Part shown: in pieces, positions 46,683 through 56,647 of the stretch | Numbering within the stretch: position 1 is the first letter of the stretch | How the letters are laid out: every line of letters begins with the position of its first letter | Sequence record: PP236086.1 | DNA from: Enterobacter phage ZX14 | DNA length: 64,000 bases | Direction: 5' to 3' (one strand) | Translations under genes and position numbers: made by a program | The notes under the pieces: generated by a model | Seen by the model: the letters and a program-made list of their open reading frames with translations, nothing else | What the model was told of the DNA's origin: nothing | Databases searched by the model: none

Positions 46683-47744
46683 ATGCAGGTAAAAGAATTA
46701 ACAGACATAGTGAGTGGTTGGAACACCGGTGAAAAAATATCGGCCGGGCAATCTAAAATCGCTCCTATCCAAAAGACCATAAGTGCTCAATATCCTGCAG
46801 AACGTTCTTCTGGTAATGATTCTACTGGCGATTTTAGAGTTTCCGATCTTTATAAAAATGGGCTGTTATTTACAGCCTATGATTATTCAGCTAGAACAAC
46901 TCCAGATATGAGGTCATTAAGAGAACAGTTCCAAAGAGGATTAGGCAGCGGTAACTTCAATCCATTGAAAAACTTTATTAGTGGGTCATACACAACAGAT
47001 AAGTTTAATAGTACTCCAGTTGCTAACTTATTATTACCACGTTCTAAGTCGGATACTGATTCTGTTAGTCATCGTTTTAATGATGTTGGTGAATCACTTA
47101 TTACTAAAGGCGGTAATACAGCCACAGGTATTTTAAGTAACGTTGCTTCTACATCCGTATTCGGTGCAATAGAAAGTATTACCCAAGGCGTAATGGCTGA
47201 TAATGGCGAACAGATTTATACTACCGCACGTAGTATGTACGCCGGTCCAGACAACCGTACTAAAGTATTTACCTGGGAATTAACCCCACGTAATGTACAA
47301 GACCTTATTCAAATTATCAAAATCTATGAAGTCTTTAATTATTTTTCTTATGGTGAAACAGGTAACTCTGCATTTGCCGAAGACCTTAAAGAAAAAATAG
47401 ATTCTTGGTATAAATCGACCTTCTTTAAAAAAGAAGCTATCGAATCATTTGACGGGCAATTAGTAGGTGAACAGATTACCTCATTCCTTTCTAAGGTTAT
47501 TGTTGTAAGTAACCCTACAGTATGGTTTATTAGAAACTTCGGTACTACAAGTTCATTTGATGGTAAGGCTGATATCTTTGGTCCATGTCAAATCCAAAGT
47601 ATAAGATTTGACAAAACTCCTGATGGTAATTTCAATGGATTAGCAGTAGCTCCTAACTTACCTAACACGTTTGTTCTGGAAATTACATTCCGTGAAATCC
47701 TTACTCTTAACCGTGGCAATTTATATATGGGTGGTATTCAATAA
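46683..47744 (+). CDS. 48: gp48 baseplate tail-tube junction protein
   Basis: 353 aa (T4 364), synteny. Confidence 0.85.
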   Translation: MQVKELTDIVSGWNTGEKISAGQSKIAPIQKTISAQYPAERSSGNDSTGDFRVSDLYKNGLLFTAYDYSARTTPDMRSLREQFQRGLGSGNFNPLKNFISGSYTTDKFNSTPVANLLLPRSKSDTDSVSHRFNDVGESLITKGGNTATGILSNVASTSVFGAIESITQGVMADNGEQIYTTARSMYAGPDNRTKVFTWELTPRNVQDLIQIIKIYEVFNYFSYGETGNSAFAEDLKEKIDSWYKSTFFKKEAIESFDGQLVGEQITSFLSKVIVVSNPTVWFIRNFGTTSSFDGKADIFGPCQIQSIRFDKTPDGNFNGLAVAPNLPNTFVLEITFREILTLNRGNLYMGGIQ

Positions 47745-48721
47745 TGTTTACATTACAAGAATTCCAAAACCAGGCAGCTAATATAGATTTCCAGCGTAAT
47801 AACCTTTTTAGTGTGGTCTTCGCGACCACACCTTCTTCTAAATCACAATCATTGCTTGACCAGTTCGGTGGAGCAATTTTTAATAATCTTCCGTTAGATA
47901 CCGATTGGTTTGGATTAAAACAGGGTGAAATTACTCAAGGAATAACTACATTAGTTACCGCTGGGACACAGCAATTAATTAGAAAATCAGGTGTAAGCAA
48001 ATACCTTATTGGGGCAATGTCTAATAGGGTTGTGCAGAGTTTATTAGGTGAGTTTGAAGTAGGAACTTATTTGATGGACTTCTTCAATATGGCTTATCCT
48101 ACTGCAGGCTTAATGGTACATACCGTTAAAGTTCCGGACAACCAGTTGAACCATGAAATGGATTTAAACCATAATGCCCCTAACATTAAAATAACTGGTA
48201 GAGAGTATTCGCCATTTGTTTTAGGTTTCCGAATGGACTCTGAAGCCGCTAACTACAGAGCATTTAATGACTGGGTTAATAGTGTCCAAGACCCGGTGAG
48301 TGGATTGCGTGCATTACCTGAAGATGTCGAAGCTGATATCCAAGTTAACCTGCATGCCCGTAATGGGCTTCCACATACGGTCGTAATGTTGCAAGGGTGT
48401 GTCCCTGTGGGCGTCAGCGCCCCTGAATTATCATACGAAGGTGATAATACTGTGACAACTTTCGATGTCACCTTCGCATACAGGGTGATGTCTATCGGCG
48501 CCGTAGGAAAACAAGCTGCGATTGAATGGCTTGAAGATAAAACTATTAATGCTATTACCAAAATTAATGGCGAACGTTCGTTGAGTTCTCAATTAGCAGG
48601 ATTAAGTAGACTATCTGGTGCTCAATCAGGAATGACTAACTTACTTAATGGATTTGGTAGTGGTGGGCTGAATGCTGGGATAGGAAGAATAGTTGGGACT
48701 GGAACTAGCAGGTTATTCTAA
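47744..48721 (+). CDS. 54: gp54 baseplate tail-tube initiator
   Basis: 325 aa (T4 320), synteny. Confidence 0.85.
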   Translation: MFTLQEFQNQAANIDFQRNNLFSVVFATTPSSKSQSLLDQFGGAIFNNLPLDTDWFGLKQGEITQGITTLVTAGTQQLIRKSGVSKYLIGAMSNRVVQSLLGEFEVGTYLMDFFNMAYPTAGLMVHTVKVPDNQLNHEMDLNHNAPNIKITGREYSPFVLGFRMDSEAANYRAFNDWVNSVQDPVSGLRALPEDVEADIQVNLHARNGLPHTVVMLQGCVPVGVSAPELSYEGDNTVTTFDVTFAYRVMSIGAVGKQAAIEWLEDKTINAITKINGERSLSSQLAGLSRLSGAQSGMTNLLNGFGSGGLNAGIGRIVGTGTSRLF

Positions 48722-48723
48722 CG

Positions 48724-48752
48724 AAAAAAGGGAGAGCTTTTGCTCTCCCTTA
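48724..48752. terminator. bidirectional terminator A6-GGGAGAGC-TTTT-GCTCTCCC-T-rich
   Basis: 8-bp perfect stem between convergent gp54 (+) and 48758-49087 (-); T6 on minus strand. Confidence 0.65.
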
Positions 48753-48757
48753 GGGGT

Positions 48758-49087
48758 TTATTTACGGAAGCCTAAGAACGCAGGGATGGTAATGTCTGGT
48801 TCAGGAAGTTCATCAGCCGAGTTGAAAATATCAAATGACTCGATGTCAATAAAGACGTCAATTACTACTGGCGCTTCACTTTCAAATTGGCCTGTAATAA
48901 TACCAGTGAAGATATTATCGGTATGCTCTTCATTTACAAAGTTAGCAACAGGACGGATGTTGAACTGAGCTTTTTCACCAAACACTTTACGAAGTTCTGA
49001 CACAACTTTATCATTGAAAGCCACGTCTACTGGACGTACATCTTCAACATAAGCTTCTTTACCATTTACTCGAATGAATGAACGCAT
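48758..49087 (-). CDS. hypothetical protein (alt-downstream position)
   Basis: 109 aa ORF preceded by putative early promoter. Confidence 0.45.
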   Translation of the reverse strand: MRSFIRVNGKEAYVEDVRPVDVAFNDKVVSELRKVFGEKAQFNIRPVANFVNEEHTDNIFTGIITGQFESEAPVVIDVFIDIESFDIFNSADELPEPDITIPAFLGFRK

Positions 49088-49099
49088 TTTGATATCCTC

Positions 49100-49147
49100 A
49101 CTTGTGATTGAGATTACATCATAACACGTTCATTCGAGCTTGTAAAC
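49100..49147 (-). promoter_or_regulatory. putative early promoter GTTTAC-N17-TATGAT followed by GTAATCTCAATCA motif
   Basis: minus-strand reading TAGTTTACaagctcgaatgaacgtgtTATGATgtaatctcaatcac ~25 nt upstream of ATG. Confidence 0.4.
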
Positions 49148-51264
49148 TACTCTACAAATTTAGGTGGAGTATCTTCAATGTCGATGAAGGAAGCAAGCAA
49201 TCCAAGACCTACAGTGGTTGATTTAACAAACTTACTGAAGTCTACTTTGACCGGCTCAACTTCGTCCATGTCCATAGCAACCAGTTCACCGGATTCTACT
49301 AAAGCATCGCCATCGTAGACAACCATGGATTCGTTCAGAGCATCGGCCGTCATAACTTCAGCCTGGATGAATTTCTGGTTATCATATATAAGGCCATCAG
49401 AATAAGAAGCATCTGTGATTTTATCGATTTGAAGCATAGTGCCACGTGGTAAAATAACTTCCATTTCACCGGACATATTACTCAGGTCACCAGGATAAAC
49501 AACGTTAATCTTATGCGCGCCTTCGATAGCCCAACCAATCATTACTCGAGTTTTTTCGTATTGGAGAACATCTTGAGCAGCATGGTACTCGTCGTTAAGC
49601 CCGAGTTCGGCGTTAGTTGGCAAATCCATTTTAACAGTTTCTGCTTCGTTATCAGGTCTATTCAATACTGCACGAGTATTATCTGATGTCATTGCTACTG
49701 CCTGATTACCTTTCCAACCACCAAAGATAATAGGAGACAATGAAGTAGAAACAAAGTTACGGAAATAGAATACACGGTTCTTAACGAGTGCTTCAAAAAT
49801 AGGCTTACGTACAGTTTGTGAGCGCCATAATGTCAGGCCTTCAGGTAAACGGTCACCTTTCTTAAAAGCATCATCAAGGTTTTTAATAGCCGTAGTAACT
49901 TCTTTTTCAGTTAGCGTATCATAATTAGCCGCGTCATAACGTCCTAAAAGCATATTGTTGATGTCTGAATATCCAGAACCAACATATTCCTTAATACCAC
50001 GTTTTTCCGCATTAGTGTACTGAAGAGGAGTACGAGTCGTCGTAATCATTTCAATAGAAGATGAAACATTCTTTGCATAGCCTTGAAGAGCTGCCTTAAT
50101 CATTTTAGTACGTTCTATGTTCCAAAGATTATATGCCATTTCTTCTTTATCTTTCTGTTCAAGATATTGTGGAACCCGTGTCATAATATGTTCCATTGCT
50201 TCATGTTTACGTTCTTCAAGGGTATCAAGAAGAGTTTGAACATAAGCCTGCATACTCTGAACAGAAGTTAATGGCGCATCGCCTAAACGTTTGGTTAATT
50301 CGGCTGCGAATTTACTTTCAAATTTATCAATCTGACTTAATTTTGTTTTAGCTAAAGAACGAAGATGGAATGAAGCTCCGCTTGCAGCTAAGTTAATAGA
50401 TTGCATACGAGCAGCTTTAGAACTAACAGCGTCTTTTAACTGTTGAGCTTCTGGTACTTCATTAGCCGTAGCCGGCTTACTGAATTCTGCAGCAGAAGCT
50501 TCATATTCTTCAAATTTCTCTGGGTCGTGAATAATTTCAGAAGTCAATGATTGACTTGCCGCAACCTGACGACGAGAAATCTTAGTACGAGTTACTACAG
50601 CCCGGTCATTACGTTTTTCTTCTACAGCAGCAATAGAACCGGCGATAGCAGTTTCTTTAGTTACTTGCACACCTTCTTTCTTGCTTACGTATACTTCGCC
50701 GACTTCAGAATCAACACGGGTATAAAGGTCTGGGTTAATGCCAGGCATACCAGCGATATCATCAATCTGAGCATTCTTACGAACTACCAGGACGTATGTA
50801 TGTTTGCCAGTAAATTGGAACATACTTGGAACTACTTTAAAACGCCCACCGGTCTTCTGCATAACAAGACGAGAAAGGACGCGCTGGACAATAGGACCCT
50901 GGCCTTTCATTTTCTTAGTAGGGAAGCGGAACATAATCGCATCCATACGCAGCTTTTTGACTTGAGCATATACAGTATCAAAGATGGTATTAACGGCGTT
51001 AATAGGTTCAGGGCCAAGACCACCTTTAAGTTCGGCCGGGGTTCCTTTAGCAGATAAGCTCATCAAGATAACATGGGCATATTTATCGCCAAGCTTAACT
51101 TGTTTAATAGCATCGCCTTCAGAAACATAGGAAACCATACGAGCTACTAATTGTGAATCTACATCACCGATTTTCCAAATTTGTGGTACTTTAAGTTTCG
51201 GGTTCAAGTTTACAACAGGCATTGTGCCTTCTGACTCGAACACCTCATTGAGTTGTTCAGACAT
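49147..51264 (-). CDS. alt: Alt ADP-ribosyltransferase
   Basis: 705 aa; extensive similarity to T4 Alt incl. GIREYVGSGYSDINN and NRVFYFRNFVSTSL segments. Confidence 0.9.
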   Translation of the reverse strand: MSEQLNEVFESEGTMPVVNLNPKLKVPQIWKIGDVDSQLVARMVSYVSEGDAIKQVKLGDKYAHVILMSLSAKGTPAELKGGLGPEPINAVNTIFDTVYAQVKKLRMDAIMFRFPTKKMKGQGPIVQRVLSRLVMQKTGGRFKVVPSMFQFTGKHTYVLVVRKNAQIDDIAGMPGINPDLYTRVDSEVGEVYVSKKEGVQVTKETAIAGSIAAVEEKRNDRAVVTRTKISRRQVAASQSLTSEIIHDPEKFEEYEASAAEFSKPATANEVPEAQQLKDAVSSKAARMQSINLAASGASFHLRSLAKTKLSQIDKFESKFAAELTKRLGDAPLTSVQSMQAYVQTLLDTLEERKHEAMEHIMTRVPQYLEQKDKEEMAYNLWNIERTKMIKAALQGYAKNVSSSIEMITTTRTPLQYTNAEKRGIKEYVGSGYSDINNMLLGRYDAANYDTLTEKEVTTAIKNLDDAFKKGDRLPEGLTLWRSQTVRKPIFEALVKNRVFYFRNFVSTSLSPIIFGGWKGNQAVAMTSDNTRAVLNRPDNEAETVKMDLPTNAELGLNDEYHAAQDVLQYEKTRVMIGWAIEGAHKINVVYPGDLSNMSGEMEVILPRGTMLQIDKITDASYSDGLIYDNQKFIQAEVMTADALNESMVVYDGDALVESGELVAMDMDEVEPVKVDFSKFVKSTTVGLGLLASFIDIEDTPPKFVE

Positions 51265-51300
51265 AATTATTCCTCTTATTAGTTGTCTGTATTTATGCCC

Positions 51301-51323
51301 AAAAGGAGCCCGAAGGCTCCTTT
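51301..51323 (-). terminator. terminator GGAGCC-UUCG-GGCUCC + U4 (minus strand) followed by CATAAATA box upstream of alt
   Basis: hairpin + T run on minus strand between upstream ORF and alt. Confidence 0.5.
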
Positions 51324-51525
51324 ACCAAAGTGGTAATAATGTACGATACACTTCAAAGCCTGGAGCTTTTTCGTGTGCATCAAATGTAGCATTAAAACGG
51401 TTCCATTGAGTCCAATCTTCAAACTCAAGAATAATCTGGGAACAAGAGGTGGAGATATCTCCACCTTCTTTACGTGCGATTACAACTGTTTCAAGATATG
51501 CTTTCATAGTCCTGTCTGGTCCCAT
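51322..51525 (-). CDS. hypothetical small protein
   Basis: 67 aa ORF overlapping ligase 3' end by 22 nt. Confidence 0.35.
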   Translation of the reverse strand: MGPDRTMKAYLETVVIARKEGGDISTSCSQIILEFEDWTQWNRFNATFDAHEKAPGFEVYRTLLPLW

Positions 51526-53018
51526 GAACCAAATACATCTTCAAATGTATCTGCGCTTGTTTTGTCAAAACGGAAGCCTTTAATAATCGGAAGGAAGATA
51601 CCAACAGTACCATCTTTACGACCCTTAGAGTGCACCCAACCATTACAGTCACAATCAGCAATACGTCCGACCAGATTACCAGACAGTGCTTCAACCATCA
51701 GTCGTTCACGGTCCATTTCATCACGTTCATCGATTGGAATATCAACCCACTTACCTTTGACCTTCACACGAGTCGTGTCTTTGAAACCAGAACCACAATC
51801 TGAAGTAATTTTACCACACAGTGATTTAAGTTGAACACCGCCAAGTTTATTTGGGTCTTTAGAGTGTGGATAGAAGCCGACGATTTCCATTGCGATGTCG
51901 ATAACTTCTTTGAACTTAATAAGGTTCTTAGAACGTTTGTTTTCCCAGAAGGAACCCATGTTCTTCAGAATAATACCTTCTAAGCCTTGGTCTACATATT
52001 TCTTATAGACTTCACGTGCTTCTTTAAGGTTATAAACCCATTGGTTTTCAATCAGAATAACTGAATCAAACCCATGAAGAGCAACACCTTCGGCAATCAT
52101 AGCTTCAAGAGCACGGAAACGAACGTCATAAGCAAAGCCTGGTTTTTCGCCTTCAGAATAAACAACATCCAGAGGAACATAGTCCCACGCCTGTAATTTC
52201 ATTCCTGCCGCTTCGACCTGAGAGATTGTACCTTTCAGAGATTTGTTGGCCAGTCCATTAGAAGTAGAACGGTCTACCACATCTTGGAATTCTTTTGCTT
52301 TACTCAATTCAGGCATTTCTTCTTCGAACATACCGAACAGGTCATTATCTGCCTTTGGTTCAACCTTAGGAGCATGGTAAACCAGCTCACCATCAATCAT
52401 TACACCAGAAGGATGGCGCTTACGGGCATCTTCGGTAATAATCATCAGCTCTTTAGCAAGCTTATGAAGGCCTTGATATTCGTTGCCTGCACGAGAGAAG
52501 AACTTAACACCGTCATCGGTTACTTCAGCAAAACAACGAGCGCCATCAGCCTTAAGCTGAGCGAATGCAGGCCATTTGATATGTTTCTGAATCAGCTTTT
52601 CATCATAAGCTGAAGCCAACATCTGTGGTTGTTCTGGAATACAGTTCTTCCAGATTTTATTCGCAATAGTAGGACCCGTACCGCATTCAAGGTCACGAAG
52701 TAATACACGACGAATAACTTCGGCATCGCCTTCAGAGGTCTGAGATAATGCAATTTCAAGTTTTTCGATAGCCGCATTACCAGTTACGACCCGTTTAGCC
52801 AGCTTTTCTTCAAGCATATAAAGCATATCTTCAAGAGTAAGATGGATTTCATCTTTAGCCCTTGCACCCCATTTCTTGATGCCATAGTTGAAGCGCTTAG
52901 AATAAGCCATAATGAATACACGTTTCAGAAGTTCATTGCCCTTCTCACGTTCCATGATAGCTTTCTTTTCGTTAATAGAATCAGTCGCGGCCAATTCATT
53001 CAAGATATCAATAATCAT
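51504..53018 (-). CDS. 30: ATP-dependent DNA ligase
   Basis: 504 aa; KADGARCF adenylation motif, strong similarity to T4 gp30 throughout. Confidence 0.95.
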   Translation of the reverse strand: MIIDILNELAATDSINEKKAIMEREKGNELLKRVFIMAYSKRFNYGIKKWGARAKDEIHLTLEDMLYMLEEKLAKRVVTGNAAIEKLEIALSQTSEGDAEVIRRVLLRDLECGTGPTIANKIWKNCIPEQPQMLASAYDEKLIQKHIKWPAFAQLKADGARCFAEVTDDGVKFFSRAGNEYQGLHKLAKELMIITEDARKRHPSGVMIDGELVYHAPKVEPKADNDLFGMFEEEMPELSKAKEFQDVVDRSTSNGLANKSLKGTISQVEAAGMKLQAWDYVPLDVVYSEGEKPGFAYDVRFRALEAMIAEGVALHGFDSVILIENQWVYNLKEAREVYKKYVDQGLEGIILKNMGSFWENKRSKNLIKFKEVIDIAMEIVGFYPHSKDPNKLGGVQLKSLCGKITSDCGSGFKDTTRVKVKGKWVDIPIDERDEMDRERLMVEALSGNLVGRIADCDCNGWVHSKGRKDGTVGIFLPIIKGFRFDKTSADTFEDVFGSWDQTGL

Positions 53019-53026
53019 GTTATTCC

Positions 53027-53269
53027 TTAATAGCCATGTGTAGTTCTATTATACGCCACTTCAGTCAAGAGCAAATCTAACTTCTTCTGGTATGTGTAAT
53101 ACGGCTCATGGATATGAACGTAGATAAAACCTTGAGCAACACATTCCTCAAAGACTTCTTCGCCTTTGGCATTACGGAAGATAGGATAATTACGGAAGAA
53201 TTGATTCACGTGACCGAAGTCACGTGTGCGTACTGGCTCACCGTCTCGCATTAAATGCATCACAAACAT
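53027..53269 (-). CDS. hypothetical protein (30.1 position)
   Basis: 80 aa ORF. Confidence 0.4.
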   Translation of the reverse strand: MFVMHLMRDGEPVRTRDFGHVNQFFRNYPIFRNAKGEEVFEECVAQGFIYVHIHEPYYTYQKKLDLLLTEVAYNRTTHGY

Positions 53270-54093
53270 TACTTAGTTTCCCCATAATAAGCACGAAGAT
53301 CGTTTGGTTTGATATTACGATAGCTTTCCGGCGGTTTTGCACCTGGATTAAACGGCCAAGTATACGGATATGGAGGCTCGATTCGACGACCAATTTCGGT
53401 TTGAATGATTTCCAGATTTTTTGAAAGATCTTGACGACGGGTTTCAATCGCTACCAGGTCGTCCCAATCTGTTATTTTAGTACAGTCATCGGCTGCGCCA
53501 TCACGCTCACCACGAACCATCCAATACACAGGAACGTCAAGAATGCGTTTAGCCGCCTGACAATGGTGTGGAAGGTCGTCAACATAAAACTTCAGACGGG
53601 AGCCATATTTCAGGCGAACTTTTGTCAAGATAAGTTCTTTGCTTTCATTATGACCACACATCTGAATGTCCTGGAACGCTCCAGGGAACAGAGCATTCAA
53701 ATTGAATTGTCTATTCAGCCGAGCATCAATAGAATCACCGAGCGCAGTTACAGCTACAAAATCATAGGCTTTCTTGAGCTTGTTGATATTGCGCAGAGCA
53801 TCCATATAAGGAGCCAGATAGCGAATAAAATCAGAGCTATTATATTTGTTAATCAGTTGCTCGCCGAGATGTTCATCACAACCGAACAACTTACCAGGTT
53901 TAATGAACTTATCGTCCTGAATCATTTCCAGGATATGCTCTAATGGCAGATTATATTTCTGTGCGAAATAAGGCAGCCCAGACTGCCAAGACAGAAGTAC
54001 GCCATCAACATCGGTTGCAATTACAGGTCTTTCATTTTGGGTCAAAGATGTGGTCATATTTGGTCCAATCAATTTCAGATTCATAAGAGACAA
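53269..54093 (-). CDS. HAD-superfamily phosphatase-like protein (30.2 position)
   Basis: 274 aa; N-terminal ATDVDGVLL matches HAD motif I (DxDG). Confidence 0.55.
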   Translation of the reverse strand: MSLMNLKLIGPNMTTSLTQNERPVIATDVDGVLLSWQSGLPYFAQKYNLPLEHILEMIQDDKFIKPGKLFGCDEHLGEQLINKYNSSDFIRYLAPYMDALRNINKLKKAYDFVAVTALGDSIDARLNRQFNLNALFPGAFQDIQMCGHNESKELILTKVRLKYGSRLKFYVDDLPHHCQAAKRILDVPVYWMVRGERDGAADDCTKITDWDDLVAIETRRQDLSKNLEIIQTEIGRRIEPPYPYTWPFNPGAKPPESYRNIKPNDLRAYYGETK

Positions 54094-54244
54094 AAGCTAC
54101 GGATTGCCCTTGTCGTAAACGTTCTTTAACGATATGCATAGCAACACAACTCCCAGGCCATTCACGCTCGGAGTTGGAAGCAATCGTAATAAGGCTTCCA
54201 ATCGGAAGTCCACTATTCAAAATACTACTTAAACTGCCAACCAT
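54032..54244 (-). CDS. hypothetical small protein
   Basis: 70 aa ORF in 30.x cluster. Confidence 0.35.
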   Translation of the reverse strand: MVGSLSSILNSGLPIGSLITIASNSEREWPGSCVAMHIVKERLRQGQSVAFVSYESEIDWTKYDHIFDPK

Positions 54245-54423
54245 AAATCTGCCTCACGATAAACATCTTCATTACCATCCGCCCAACGAACAGCGTACCA
54301 AAAACCTTCAACATATTTGTTCGGGGGTAGAACCATAATAACCCAACCTGGAATTGTTCCTGCACCTGCTTTAGATACAGAATCTCCAGGCATGAATTTA
54401 GGTCCTTCGTCAATAACAATCAT
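54229..54423 (-). CDS. hypothetical small protein
   Basis: 64 aa ORF in 30.x cluster. Confidence 0.35.
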   Translation of the reverse strand: MIVIDEGPKFMPGDSVSKAGAGTIPGWVIMVLPPNKYVEGFWYAVRWADGNEDVYREADLWLAV

Positions 54424-54597
54424 TCTTCAACCTCTACCCAATCAGGGAAAACGAAGAAATCAGGAGCATCAACCATGTAACAGACTTTATCGTCCTTAAC
54501 ATTACAGCCCAATACTTCAATCATTTCATTGTTCATCAGGCAGCGAGCGAGTTTAGGAGCTTTACATTTAGATGTCATAACGATCATAATATTTTTC

Positions 54598-54795
54598 TCA
54601 GAGTTTAGTGCATGAAATAAGGTCTAAATCAGACCAGTAACCTACTGGATGGAGATTTTCAATTTTCTTTTCAATCTCACGGTCCACATTTTCCCAAGGC
54701 CATACGTTGATAGTTGTTTCAAATTCATCTTCGATATGACCCTCTGAACGAGGGTGGCGTGACACCACCTCAAATTTAAGTAGATATTTTGCCAT
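54598..54795 (-). CDS. hypothetical small protein
   Basis: 65 aa ORF, ATGA-coupled to upstream gene. Confidence 0.4.
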   Translation of the reverse strand: MAKYLLKFEVVSRHPRSEGHIEDEFETTINVWPWENVDREIEKKIENLHPVGYWSDLDLISCTKL

Positions 54796-55151
54796 TAGAT
54801 ATTAAACTCAGTTGATACTACATCCCAGATTGCTTCGCGTTGTTCTTCAGTCGTTTTCTGGCCGAATACGTGGCGAAGATAAAGTTTAACCAGAAGTTGG
54901 CGATTGTCACCATTCCACGACGGGTGTGTAACAAAATCACGAGTACGAACTTCATCATGGAACCCAACTTTAATCACAGAACCTTTGATTGATACATCCA
55001 AGCAAGGGCCATTTTCGAAAGCGAAGAACACGTAATTGTCTTCCCAATACATATCGATTTGAGCCACAGTTCCGTTGTTGTGTTTCCACAGCAGAATTGG
55101 AGCTTGACCTGCATCGTTCACATATTTGCGTTCAAAGTTGTTGAAGTCCAT
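54795..55151 (-). CDS. hypothetical protein
   Basis: start moved to MDFNNF; the longer ORF would span the promoter/inverted-repeat element. Confidence 0.45.
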   Translation of the reverse strand: MDFNNFERKYVNDAGQAPILLWKHNNGTVAQIDMYWEDNYVFFAFENGPCLDVSIKGSVIKVGFHDEVRTRDFVTHPSWNGDNRQLLVKLYLRHVFGQKTTEEQREAIWDVVSTEFNI

Positions 55152-55176
55152 TTTATTATCCCATTTAAGTAGTTTG

Positions 55177-55220
55177 CTGATTGAGTGTACATAATACCAC
55201 ACTCAATCAGCGTTGTAAAC
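55177..55220 (-). promoter_or_regulatory. putative early promoter GTTTAC-N18-TATTAT whose -10 lies in the loop of a perfect 12-bp inverted repeat (CTGATTGAGTGT...ACACTCAATCAG)
   Basis: sequence read directly; T4-type early -35 GTTTAC on minus strand. Confidence 0.45.
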
Positions 55221-55222
55221 TG

Positions 55223-55726
55223 TTATTCGAAAGAAACTTGAGTTATAACCTTAGCCGTTGTTTCTAAACGGAAAATATGCACTTGGGCTTTAGAACTTTC
55301 TTCAGCAAGAACAAATTTTGCATGTTCTTTTGCTGCTTCAAGTGTGAAACGTTGTGGCCATGAATTAGTTCCAACCATATAACCTGAAGCACCACCGTAT
55401 TCGGTAGGTTCAATACCAGACACATGGATGATATAAACTTCTTCATCAAGGTCCACTTCTGTGAACAATTCCCATTCGTCTTTATAAAACCATGATGCGG
55501 ACCAATCTGCCTCAGTAAATTTAGGCATTGCTCTTAAGCGAGAGATAGGCTCTTCGCCTTCAAATTGAATTGCGTAAACACCATCTGGGTCACCATCTTC
55601 GAAGGCCACTACTTTAAAGCTTCGACCACGCAGATATGCGACAATTTCACGGTTAATATTCGGAGCAAGTTCAATAAAATCTTGAACGTTCTTTTCTTCG
55701 AGTTTATACCATTTGTTCAGTTCCAT
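55223..55726 (-). CDS. hypothetical protein
   Basis: 167 aa acidic ORF. Confidence 0.45.
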   Translation of the reverse strand: MELNKWYKLEEKNVQDFIELAPNINREIVAYLRGRSFKVVAFEDGDPDGVYAIQFEGEEPISRLRAMPKFTEADWSASWFYKDEWELFTEVDLDEEVYIIHVSGIEPTEYGGASGYMVGTNSWPQRFTLEAAKEHAKFVLAEESSKAQVHIFRLETTAKVITQVSFE

Positions 55727-55733
55727 AATTTCC

Positions 55734-56210
55734 TCAGAATGGGTTAGTTACGATGGATGGTGTAGTTTTCAGGGTCATACGGGACAGAGCACGGATAATG
55801 ACTACTTCATCTTTAGGATTATCATGCAGCCAACGAGACGCGAACCCTTCGGCTTCTTCTTTAGTACAATGATGTTGACGAATAAGATAACCACCATCGC
55901 CTACAGAAAGAACCAGGCAAGCGTAATCGTTATCAGTTTCTACAATTTCTTCAAAGAAACGGAATTCATCATCACCACGTGAGATAACAGGTCCACCATG
56001 GCTGTAGCCCATTGCTTTTGAATCGAGAACTACGGTAGAACCGTTTTCATTTTTGACTACAACTGAAGTTACTGAACCGGCATCTGTAATCTGACAAACC
56101 TTAAAGCCTTTTTCAAGATAAGGGGCGAAAAGACTATTTCGACCTGACGATGTAATAAAATTATTCATAGCTTCTTCATTTTTAAAGCGATAGCTTTTTT
56201 CGATTTCCAT
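55734..56210 (-). CDS. hypothetical protein
   Basis: start at MEIEKSY with GAGGAAAT SD after a UUCG hairpin. Confidence 0.45.
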   Translation of the reverse strand: MEIEKSYRFKNEEAMNNFITSSGRNSLFAPYLEKGFKVCQITDAGSVTSVVVKNENGSTVVLDSKAMGYSHGGPVISRGDDEFRFFEEIVETDNDYACLVLSVGDGGYLIRQHHCTKEEAEGFASRWLHDNPKDEVVIIRALSRMTLKTTPSIVTNPF

Positions 56211-56242
56211 TTTTATTTCCTCAATAAGGAGCCCGAAGGCTC

Positions 56243-56614
56243 TTAACGAACACGTGTCCAATTAGACAAGTCAATCACACCTTTAGCTTTAATCTTTTCA
56301 ATCAAGATGTTAGCACGAGTACGTCCATTTTCATACCATACAACATCTTCACTGTAACCAGTTTCATCGTCCTGATAGGTCTCAGAACGAATGTGACCGT
56401 ATACAATAGTATTCAATGCATAGATTTCACCAGTGAAGAAGTTCTCAACAGTGATGTGCCAGCAGAAATCATCAGAAGGACCATCAGGAGTCATGCAATG
56501 AACTACATCGCCTTGAGTCTTGCTTACCATCCATTGTAACTCGTTTACGGTCTGTGCTTTGTAGCCGTCATGGTCTTTGCATTTCACTGTAGCTTTCAGA
56601 TTGATGATTGTCAT
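56243..56614 (-). CDS. hypothetical protein
   Basis: 123 aa ORF with GGAGA SD, downstream of promoter-like TATGATATACACTCAATCA. Confidence 0.45.
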   Translation of the reverse strand: MTIINLKATVKCKDHDGYKAQTVNELQWMVSKTQGDVVHCMTPDGPSDDFCWHITVENFFTGEIYALNTIVYGHIRSETYQDDETGYSEDVVWYENGRTRANILIEKIKAKGVIDLSNWTRVR

Positions 56615-56647
56615 TTTTAAGTCTCCGTGTTGATTGAGTGTATATCA

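Noticed and set aside
50551-51057. 168-aa plus-strand ORF inside alt
   Set aside because: Antisense to the strongly supported Alt gene; low-complexity composition.
53431-53943. 170-aa plus-strand ORF
   Set aside because: Antisense to the HAD-like gene whose motif I is intact; no SD.
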